In this document: in pieces, positions 1-8,600 of the stretch
How positions within the stretch are numbered: position 1 is the stretch's first letter
Layout of the letters: the number at the start of each line of letters is the position of its first letter
NCBI GenBank assembly: GCA_943789275.1
Contig: CALSTM010000003.1
Span: 450,001 to 482,000 of the forward strand
Direction of reading: 5' to 3'
From: Candidatus Poseidoniaceae archaeon
GTDB lineage: Archaea > Thermoplasmatota > Poseidoniia > Poseidoniales > Poseidoniaceae
Length of the DNA stretch: 32,000 bases
The notes under the pieces: model-generated
What the model saw: the letters and a program-made list of their open reading frames with translations, nothing else
What the model was told of the DNA's origin: nothing
The model's database searches: none
Translations under genes and position numbers: made by a program

Positions 1-1098
1 CTGTTCAGTTCACCTCATGTTGTACGTCTTGAGGAACGAGTTCGCCGTAACGGTATTCCGTTGTCAAACGAAGAGTTTGACGAAGCCTTACTTTTGATTC
101 ATGACGCCGCATGCAGTCAGGCCCATGAATTCACTGTTGATTTGACGTTCTTCGAGGTGACCTATTTGGTCGCCATGATTGCATCGCAAGGATGCAACGT
201 CTTGATTCTTGAAACGGGTCTCGGTGGTCGCTTGGACGCAACACGCAGTGGACCTGCAACTGCAAGTTTGGTAACATCAGTCACCCGGGAACACGTTGAC
301 ATTCTGGGGGGTGACCTTCCGACCATCGCTCGTGAAAAAGCAGCTATTGCACGCCCAAACTGCCCCATATTCATTCGAGACCCCACTGAGCAGGACGTCC
401 TCGATGCCATGAAGTTGGAAGCAAATGCCGCAGGGAATCCGGAACTTGGCGAGGTTCCGTCACCTTCTGAAGTTCATGTCGTAGCCATCCCCAACGACGC
501 TTCGGTACGAAAGGAAGCCTTTCTCCTTGCACTTACCGTGTTTGAACACATAGGATTGCCAACAGCATCGCTCGGTCATGCCCGTGACCATTTGCGATGG
601 CTTGCCCGCATGCAATTTCTTCCCAGTACGGCGACGTCATCTCATCCTTATCTGCTTGATGCGGCTCACAACCCATCCGGCTTACGTCGAATTTTGCCGG
701 AATTGGAACAGTATCTTTTGCAGCATGCTTCGAAGCATCATTCACTGCCTGTGTGGAGTTTGGTGTTCGGGACTTCGCCGCAAGACGACTTAGGTCAATT
801 CCTTGAACCTCTACTGGGCTTTTGTCAGCGTTTTCCTCCAAAGCAAATTCTCCTCACTCGACCTCAAGGAGGGAGATATCCTGGAGTTCCTGTTGACGTA
901 TTGGCCCAACAAAACTGGCAAAGAAACGATGTGCAGCAATACCTCTTGCCCGTGGACGCCATCAAGGCATTGACATCTTGTGATTCGGAAAACGTCGGAC
1001 TCGTGGTCAGTTTAGGTTCACTGTATTTGCAAGGAAATCTCTTGTCAGCCTTTGGTTGGAGCACAGATGAACACCTTTCGTTGTATGCGAAGGACTGA
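1..1098 (+). CDS. folC: Folylpolyglutamate synthase / dihydrofolate synthase (FolC, Mur-ligase family), 5' end cut by the window edge
   Basis: Frame 1 is open from nt 1 (LFSSPHVVRLEERVRRNGIPL...) and runs into the 61..1098 ORF. FolC-type motifs are present: SPH..ER, FFEVT, ILETGLGGRLDAT, IAREKAAI. Stop at 1096-1098. Confidence 0.8.
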   Translation: MFSSPHVVRLEERVRRNGIPLSNEEFDEALLLIHDAACSQAHEFTVDLTFFEVTYLVAMIASQGCNVLILETGLGGRLDATRSGPATASLVTSVTREHVDILGGDLPTIAREKAAIARPNCPIFIRDPTEQDVLDAMKLEANAAGNPELGEVPSPSEVHVVAIPNDASVRKEAFLLALTVFEHIGLPTASLGHARDHLRWLARMQFLPSTATSSHPYLLDAAHNPSGLRRILPELEQYLLQHASKHHSLPVWSLVFGTSPQDDLGQFLEPLLGFCQRFPPKQILLTRPQGGRYPGVPVDVLAQQNWQRNDVQQYLLPVDAIKALTSCDSENVGLVVSLGSLYLQGNLLSAFGWSTDEHLSLYAKD

Positions 1099-1133
1099 TA
1101 GAGAGATGACGTGTGAGGCAACCGTTGAGAGCC

Positions 1134-1571
1134 ATGAGTGAGAAATGGGACAATCGTTTTTTGGAATTGGCAAAACACATATCCGGCTGGAGTAAAGATC
1201 CTTCGACAAAGGTCGGTTGCGTTGTTGTCGGTGAAGACCGAGAGATTCGTTCGACCGGTTTCAACGGTTTCCCACGAGGGATCAACGATGACGCTTCTCG
1301 ACTCACCGATCGCGATAAAAAATATCCTTTGATTTGTCACGCTGAGGAAAACGCAATTATGCACGCCGCCCGAATCGGTATTTCGCTCAAAGGTAGCACT
1401 GCATACGTTACTTGGCCACCTTGTTCTCGCTGTGCACGGTCGTTGATTCAAGCAGGCATCGAAGAAATTGTCTATCCTGAAACCAAAGCAATACCGGAAC
1501 GTTGGCTTGAAGATTTCAATACCTCAAACGGTATGCTTCTCGAAGCAGGAATTCGTGTCCGTACCGTTTGA
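1134..1571 (+). CDS. dCMP deaminase (CMP/dCMP-type zinc deaminase)
   Basis: Zinc-binding motifs HAEENAI and PCSRCA at the usual spacing. The N-terminus MSEKWDNRFLELAKHIS is typical of ComEB/dCMP deaminases. The ATG at 1134 is preferred over the upstream GTG at 1113. Confidence 0.85.
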   Translation: MSEKWDNRFLELAKHISGWSKDPSTKVGCVVVGEDREIRSTGFNGFPRGINDDASRLTDRDKKYPLICHAEENAIMHAARIGISLKGSTAYVTWPPCSRCARSLIQAGIEEIVYPETKAIPERWLEDFNTSNGMLLEAGIRVRTV

Positions 1572-1615
1572 TTGTATACCGACGACTTGATGTTGTTGTT
1601 CATCCTGTCATCGTC

Positions 1616-2572
1616 ATGCGAGGTGGTCTCTTTGCAGTGTTCGTGACCAGCGCGCTGCTCTGTTCAGGTTGTGTAACGCCGAGCGTTGATACCCTGTCCG
1701 TGCAAAACGGGGAAGATGCTGAACAGCCTACTGAACCGTGCAATGGCTTGCTTGTTCTCTGTCAAAGAACATACGATAACGTGACTTTCCCTGAAACTCA
1801 TAATGCGTTTTCAACCCATCAAGACGGCATCTATTACCCTGCAAGTAATCACCAGACAGGGCTTGATGCTCAATGGAATGCAGGTATGCGTGCTTTCATG
1901 ATTGATACACATTATGAGACGCTTGGCGATGAGCGTGTTGAATCGGTACGATTGTGCCACGGGGATGATGACAGAGGTTTCAGTCCCTGCACATATGGCA
2001 ACGTCGATTCTGTGTCTTGGCTCTCCAATTTACAAGGCAAGATGGATGAAAATCCGAGAGACATCGTCACTCTCTTGGTTGAAAATTACGTCCAGCCTGA
2101 CCATTTACTCGCTGTTTTTGAACAAGCAAATCTCTACGAAAAAGCGTATATCCATACACTCAACACGCCTTGGCCAACCCTGCACGAAATGATTGATCAA
2201 GGTACGAACCTTGTGGTCTTTTGGGAACAAAGCGGTGATGCATCTCATCCTTGGGTTCATGACTTCTTGACCTACAGTTGGACGACGAACTTTGCCGAAG
2301 AAAACACTGAAGACATGACGTGTGACCTTCTTCGAGGAGATGTCGAACAGGAAGTTTACCACATGAACAACTGGCTTCGTGGACCGCTTGGACTTTCTGA
2401 CCCCACGCGAGGCGATGAAGCCAATGACGTTGAATTCCTTGTTCAACGTGCGACAGAATGCTGGCAACAGCACGGCAAGCGTCCTACGTTCATAGCAGTC
2501 GATTGGTGGGAGGATGGAGATGTTGTTGCAGCCGCACTCGCCATCAACCAACTCGATTCGATGAGCAGTTAA
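1616..2572 (+). CDS. Secreted, possibly lipid-anchored PLC-like phosphodiesterase (PI-PLC X-domain-like)
   Basis: Signal peptide MRGGLFAVFVTSALLCSGC. Family motifs as I remember them: TYDNVTFPETHNAF, NHQTGLDAQWNAGMRAFMIDTHY, VRLCHG, WPTLHEMIDQGTNLVVF, PTFIAVDWWEDGD. An alternative TTG start at 1568 overlaps the upstream stop (TTGA). Confidence 0.6.
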   Translation: MRGGLFAVFVTSALLCSGCVTPSVDTLSVQNGEDAEQPTEPCNGLLVLCQRTYDNVTFPETHNAFSTHQDGIYYPASNHQTGLDAQWNAGMRAFMIDTHYETLGDERVESVRLCHGDDDRGFSPCTYGNVDSVSWLSNLQGKMDENPRDIVTLLVENYVQPDHLLAVFEQANLYEKAYIHTLNTPWPTLHEMIDQGTNLVVFWEQSGDASHPWVHDFLTYSWTTNFAEENTEDMTCDLLRGDVEQEVYHMNNWLRGPLGLSDPTRGDEANDVEFLVQRATECWQQHGKRPTFIAVDWWEDGDVVAAALAINQLDSMSS

Positions 2573-5500
2573 TTCCAGAACCTTCGCGTTCGAGCGTATT
2601 CAATTTCCGCATTGTGAATCGTTTCAAGTAAACCTTCCATGTTGTTTCTCTGAACTTTACGCAAAATTCGCTGCGCGGTGGCCTCACCTATACCACGACC
2701 CATGAGGCTGAGGATGGCTTCATAGCCTCTTGATTGAACGATTGAAGCGTTCTTCATCATTCGAGCTTGGTCCTTTTCATCGCTTGAATTCACCCAATCA
2801 ACAAGCATGGATTGCATCCGTTCAGGGGCACACGCAAGCATAGAACCTTTGCACTTCAAGCAAACCTTAATCCCTTCAATTTCAAGATATCGGGCTACCC
2901 GGAACCGTCGTACTGCTTTACACTTCAAACAACAGAGTACTGCCCGTTCATTGGTGAGGCGTCCTTTCAATTGCTTTCGAACTTGGGCGTTGTCCCAGTT
3001 TGGTAGCAGCATGTCACGGCTGGAATGGTTGGACAATCCCATTGGCCCTGATGCAGTAATTTTCAACTGGATGTTCCCGCTTTGAATCGAACGCATAACA
3101 TCGCGTACACCCAATACATCCATCCGTTCATGGAACAATTTCGACAGCACTTCCTCCATGACGACCGTACCACGGTATTTTCTCAAAAGGGCTTGCAGGT
3201 TAATTTTTCTGGGATCTACGCCGTGGCGAAGAATACCAAATGTCTTGGCGACCTGGGCAAATCTCCATCGAACTTGCCGTGAATTGGGCAACGTAACGCT
3301 CAACAATCCTTCGATGGCATCGGGTGGCGTCTCCATGAGCCAACCTTGAATCTCTTCAGGATTCACAGCACCGGTTTGTAGGGCAATTCGAGTCGGTTCA
3401 ACGACCAACCGACCCCATTTTCCGGTCTTTGTCGTTGCCATGGCCATGAGGAAATGGCCCAAACCTTCGTTGATACGAGAGCCATGGCACGAATTGATGA
3501 CGATAGCATCCTCACGCCGCTCCAAGGTCATCAGTCGGTCAGTTGGCAAATATTCTGTTGCTTCTACGTGAGCAGTAATACTTTCAGCCATGACTCCGAG
3601 CGCTTCTTCATCGATTGGATGTTCATCGAGAACGGAGTTCCTGTCAGCAAAAATCCCTTCAGTATCGATTGAAATGAGATTCTTTTCACCGTTGCTTGTG
3701 GTGTCAAACAATTTCAAATCATCAGCAATCAGTTGGCGTAACCGTCCTATATCTCGCCCAATTGCTTTGGGAACGGGTGGTAACTCTCCAACCCACCGAG
3801 GTGCTTCTGCCTTGTCTGAAACTGGGGCAACAAGGAGTTCGGACTGTTCTGGGTCTGCATCGATAATCAACCATGTTCGGCCCGCCATGACAAATTGGCG
3901 ACGGCTTCCATCGTCGTCCTCTCCGCTGTCGTTAAGTGACAACACGAACGCTTCATCGACGCTGCCCAAACTGCGCCGTGTCACAGCATCTCGTACCCGA
4001 TAGGATTGCTTGTCCGGTATCATCGAAAGATGGTTTGTCACCCATTGGCGTGTTCTTCCTGCGGTTGAAAACCATCCGTTTTTGAACGGTACAGGTACAT
4101 CGACATCGCGGTTTTTGAAGTCGTCAGGAACTTCTTCGTCAGGGAGCGAAAACAAAGGTCGTTCTTCAGGCAAAGGGTGTCCTTTTTTTACCGCTTCTTC
4201 CATTGCCACGGCGTAAACCGCCTTTGGCCATCGGTACCACGGAACTTCGCTTGGTTCAGGAGTGAATCGAAGTATCCATCCATCGGCTAAGACCCGGAGT
4301 ATGGATTCAGTATCTGTTCGCACCCATCCATCGAACTGAGAAACTTTGGAAAGAATTTCAGTCGCTTCATCGATGGCTACAGCGTTCATTGAATGCGCCA
4401 TGAGAACAAGCTGATTGGCAGCAACCGATAATGGGCGGTCTCGCCATTCAATCGATTCAATTTGCCCAAGCATTGCGCGACGACCAACCACCGCACTTTC
4501 AGCGAGGTCATCGGTGTCCCAAGACAGCAGGTGCCCTTTCCCAACACCACCAAGCCGGTGGTCGGCTCGACCGACGCGTTGCAGCATTCTGTCCACAGAA
4601 CGAGGGCTTTTGATTTGCAGAATTCTTCGAATTTTTCCAACATCAATTCCCAATTCCAGGCTTGAGGTACACACCAAGCCTGCTAATTCTCCGCTGCGTA
4701 ATTTATCTTCCATCTCTTGACGAGTTTCCGCTGCCAATGAACCGTGGTGAACGCCAATGTCCACATCCGGAGCCATCGATTGAAGTCGATTCGCAATTGT
4801 TTCAGCATCGCTTCGACTGTTCACAAAAACCAGACACGGCGGTTCAGTTCTCAAAATTTCAACCATGCGCCGGAAACTCGCATGTGCGCGAGGTTGTATG
4901 CTCAATTCCAACGCACCAATCTCATCTTCGGGAAGCGTTTGTGCGCACTCGACCGAAAGGTCAGTTGTCCGGTCTCCGGTTGTAAGGAGTGCTTTGCCCT
5001 TTTTCGGCGATAGCCACTGTGCGACTTCGTCAGGATTTCCTACCGTTGCTGATAGACCAATCCGTTGCACAGGGTGACCTGAGAGCGCTTCAAGGCGCTC
5101 CAAACCGACTGAGAGTTGCCAGCCTCTTTCACTGGCCGCTAAATCGTGAACTTCATCGATGATGACCGCTTGTACGCGTTTCAACAATTCACGCAAATTT
5201 TTCCCAGTAAACATCAACTGAAACGTTTCGGGAGTTGTAACGAGTAAATCGGGCGGATTGCGAACTTGTCGACTTCGTTCGCTTTGTTTGGTATCTCCGT
5301 GGCGTAATCCGACTTTGAGACCCACTGCTTCGGTGATTTCGTTCAATCGACGGTCGACGTCTCGGTTGAGCGCACGGAGCGGGGTAATGTAGAGGATGGA
5401 GAGGGGTTTCCACTCCTCGACCAGACATCGATTCAGCAGTGGAAGTACAGCTGACATTGTTTTTCCCGAGCCAGTCGGTGCAACAATAATCCGGTCGCCA

Positions 5501-5610
5501 CCTTTACACAATTCTGGTAGAGTTGCTACTTGAACTGGAGTTGGTTTCCATCCCTTTAAATCGAGTGCTGCGGCTAAGCGGGGGTCGAGATTGGAAAATA
5601 CATTAGACAT
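2569..5610 (-). CDS. lhr: Lhr-type superfamily-2 ATP-dependent helicase with C-terminal zinc ribbon and HhH
   Basis: Helicase motifs APTGSGKT (I), DEVH (II), SAT (III), QRVGRADHR (VI). A long Lhr-like C-terminal region follows. Near the C-terminus are a four-Cys CLKCK...CLKCK and GRGIGEATAQRI (HhH). Confidence 0.85.
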   Translation of the reverse strand: MSNVFSNLDPRLAAALDLKGWKPTPVQVATLPELCKGGDRIIVAPTGSGKTMSAVLPLLNRCLVEEWKPLSILYITPLRALNRDVDRRLNEITEAVGLKVGLRHGDTKQSERSRQVRNPPDLLVTTPETFQLMFTGKNLRELLKRVQAVIIDEVHDLAASERGWQLSVGLERLEALSGHPVQRIGLSATVGNPDEVAQWLSPKKGKALLTTGDRTTDLSVECAQTLPEDEIGALELSIQPRAHASFRRMVEILRTEPPCLVFVNSRSDAETIANRLQSMAPDVDIGVHHGSLAAETRQEMEDKLRSGELAGLVCTSSLELGIDVGKIRRILQIKSPRSVDRMLQRVGRADHRLGGVGKGHLLSWDTDDLAESAVVGRRAMLGQIESIEWRDRPLSVAANQLVLMAHSMNAVAIDEATEILSKVSQFDGWVRTDTESILRVLADGWILRFTPEPSEVPWYRWPKAVYAVAMEEAVKKGHPLPEERPLFSLPDEEVPDDFKNRDVDVPVPFKNGWFSTAGRTRQWVTNHLSMIPDKQSYRVRDAVTRRSLGSVDEAFVLSLNDSGEDDDGSRRQFVMAGRTWLIIDADPEQSELLVAPVSDKAEAPRWVGELPPVPKAIGRDIGRLRQLIADDLKLFDTTSNGEKNLISIDTEGIFADRNSVLDEHPIDEEALGVMAESITAHVEATEYLPTDRLMTLERREDAIVINSCHGSRINEGLGHFLMAMATTKTGKWGRLVVEPTRIALQTGAVNPEEIQGWLMETPPDAIEGLLSVTLPNSRQVRWRFAQVAKTFGILRHGVDPRKINLQALLRKYRGTVVMEEVLSKLFHERMDVLGVRDVMRSIQSGNIQLKITASGPMGLSNHSSRDMLLPNWDNAQVRKQLKGRLTNERAVLCCLKCKAVRRFRVARYLEIEGIKVCLKCKGSMLACAPERMQSMLVDWVNSSDEKDQARMMKNASIVQSRGYEAILSLMGRGIGEATAQRILRKVQRNNMEGLLETIHNAEIEYARTRRFWN

Positions 5611-5692
5611 ACTCTCCCCACCCCTATAGGGTAGGGGTTTCGTCGACCTCTTTTGAGTATTTGTGATTCAAGACAGGATGAAAACGACGCCA

Positions 5693-8600
5693 TCAGTAGT
5701 CGTTATCGTCGTCCTCATCGTCTTCATCAACATCATCTTCGAAATGGTCTTCATCATCTTCCCAGTCTTCTTCATCATCTGAAAAGGCACCTTCTCCATG
5801 GTCGATGGTCGTCCGGGCTGCAACGGTTGCTACAGCAAATAAGACAAGTATTGACGTAACGATAAAGATCCAAGCCAGTGGGCTTTCACGAGGAGAATCG
5901 AACCAACCAAAGTACTCACTGTAGGCGATATCGATGGAGTGTTCTGCACTGTTGTCGTCATCGTTAACTTCGACAATGAGGTTGTCATAATCGACAACAA
6001 CACGAATTCTGTCGACATCTTCTGCGGACCAAGTTGTACTGACTTCAACCACTTCATCACCGTCAATTCCGGCGACTCCGACCGTATCGAATGGGGTCTC
6101 ATCGTCTCCTGCATAGAAGGCGACTTTGAACATTGAAGGTGTTGAACCGCCAATGTTCGTGACTTGGGCATCGATCGTAATTTTCGAGCCCGGTGCGATG
6201 TGGTCATCAGAGAGCGAGATTGACTTGACGCGCAATTCAGGTCCTACTGCACCCAAACGTATCCATTGTCGTTCGAAATCGGTGTCGTCAATGGCAAGTT
6301 CTGGAATTGGACTTGCTTCAGAGTTGGATACAACAGGGAATTGGTTTCCAGCAGCATCGTAACCCGTGACATAGAATCCAACAAAGTCTCCAGCTTGTGG
6401 AATGATTCTTCCGTTATCGGTAAGGTCAACATAACCTGTCCAATTGACGTTTTGACCGTCTTGTTGCATACCGAGTAGGGTTGAACCTGCACCAATGGTA
6501 ACGGTACGAGTCGCATCACGCATGACCCAGTGAACCAATTGGCTTGAACCGGTTAAATCAGCATCTTCAGTGCCGTGGAACTCGACTGCTACATTGGTGA
6601 GGTCGTTGTTTGCTGAGATGTCGATGACATTGAGCGGTGAAATACGACGAACAACTCGAGGGGCGGCATCGTCAACAACGACACGCAGTGTGGTTGAAAC
6701 CAAGGTTCCAGTCATGTCTTCACCGCGTCCTGGAATGTTTGTAATTGAAATCAAACATGTACGGGTTGGTGAGGATTGCAGTGTTGATGCCGAGGAAAGT
6801 GGAACTTCCACAGCAAATTCTCCAGTGGATGAGATGGAACCGTCGCTCCACATCTTTTCGCCATCGAAGACCTCAACCAAAATACCAACGTCTCGAGGCG
6901 CAGCAACTGTACTTCCTTCGTAGACGACACGCCCCGTAAATGCGAGTCTGTCGTCCTTTCGAACTCTGCTTCCGTCTGCTACAATTCCTGTACGTGGCTC
7001 TGAGATGTCCTCGACCAAGTATTCGGTCGGTGACAGCATGAGGTCATTTTCGACTCTAAAGGTGTGCTCGAGCAGCAGTATTTGCGAGTCGTCGTTTGAA
7101 CCGCGTTCTTTGTAACGAAGCACAACATCACCCATTTCTTCATCTGGCCAGTCCCAACCAATGACGAAATCAAAGGTCAGTTGTATCCATGGAAGTCCCG
7201 ATTCGTTGATTGTTTCTACCATTTTACTGCTGGTAAGCAGCGTAATGAAGTTACTTTCAGACCAGAAGGTGTTGTTCACTCCGGAATAGGAGATCTGTTG
7301 TGCGTCTCGCATTGGGTTTGGCCCTTCAAAGTCAAACACCAGTGAAATATGCTCGAAGTCGATTGCCGTGTTCGCATCAACAAATCCAAGTTCAATTCTT
7401 TGGTTCATTCCAGCGAAGACAGGCTCATTATCAACATGCCCAACCCATTCAAGGCCGGTGAAAATTGCTGTAGAGTCTTTTCGTGTTCGGAACGTTGCAT
7501 CGTCGTAAAGGAAACCAGGTCCAGAGTTGAACGAAAGCAGTTCATCGTCGCTGTTCATTGCCGTGTAGTGCAATGGGTTGCCTGCTTGGTCTCCTCCGGT
7601 CCAATAGTACGAGACACGCCCCATGTTCGGGTTACGAGAGTGGTCGATGGTCGTGATAAACCACTTGTTCTTCGCAACCGTTGAATTGTAAACAGTTTTG
7701 CTGACGTATTCTTGAGGGTCTGCCTCACCGTTTCGGTTCAAGTCGTGGTTCGATTCAACCCAGTACATGAGTTCGAGAGCCATGGGGTGACCGATATCAT
7801 CGTTCACGAGAACTTTGACTTCCTGAACATTGCTTGAAGCTTCGTAAGCATCATCAAGCGGTAGGAATGCTTGCCTGAGCGGTGGTGTTGCATCGACCTT
7901 GTAGGTACGCTTCCATTCCGCGCTCGTAGCCATGACGTGTGTCGGTTCTTTCTCGTTGTACGTTTGAACTTCATAGGTGAGTCCGTCTTTAACATCGATT
8001 TCTGGAAGGTCGATGGAGATGAAGAAACTACCGTTGTTATTGGTGGTGTCACGAGCTGTGCTTTCGACCCACCCGTTTCGAGAAACTCGAACATCAAAGG
8101 CGTTGTCTTTGGGTGCATCTTCGGTGTTTTGGAACCACATTGCGCCTTGGAAGTGCAATGTTTCTCCGGCTGCAACCCAAGAGTTGTCAGGGACATCGTC
8201 CATCACCAGAGCGCCGTCGTTATCTCGGACTTTCATCCATCCGAGTCCAAAAGATCTGTTCACTTCCATTCCGGTCGAACTGATCAAATCCAGTGGAGAG
8301 TACCCCGCAGAGCCTGAATTGTCCAAACATCCGGTTTTGAATCGGACGTTGTCTTGGTCGGGGAATTCAGAGGTGACGTGGAAAATCCAGTGTACTTCGA
8401 GTATTCCATTGGCCAGAGAGGACCAAGAACTGGCATCCAATTCAATGAAGTCTTCTGGGTCGTTCGGGCTTGGGAATATATCTCCGTTTTGCCAGTACAT
8501 GGTAGGATTTTTCGCCAGTGAATTGGTCATCAATGTTAGACTCGCTTCGGTCATTGTCGTTGCATCTTCGCCAACAATATGCCGAGTTACCACTTCGTAA

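Noticed and set aside
864-1451. A 195-aa minus-strand ORF spans the folC/dCMP deaminase junction.
   Set aside because: It is antisense to two genes with clear catalytic motifs, has no motif of its own, and crosses their intergenic spacer.
5653-5859. A 68-aa His/Leu-rich plus-strand ORF (HHLRNGLHHLPSLLHHLKRHLLH).
   Set aside because: It is simply the reverse-complement reading of the GAT/GAA-rich sequence that encodes the acidic tail of giant protein 1.
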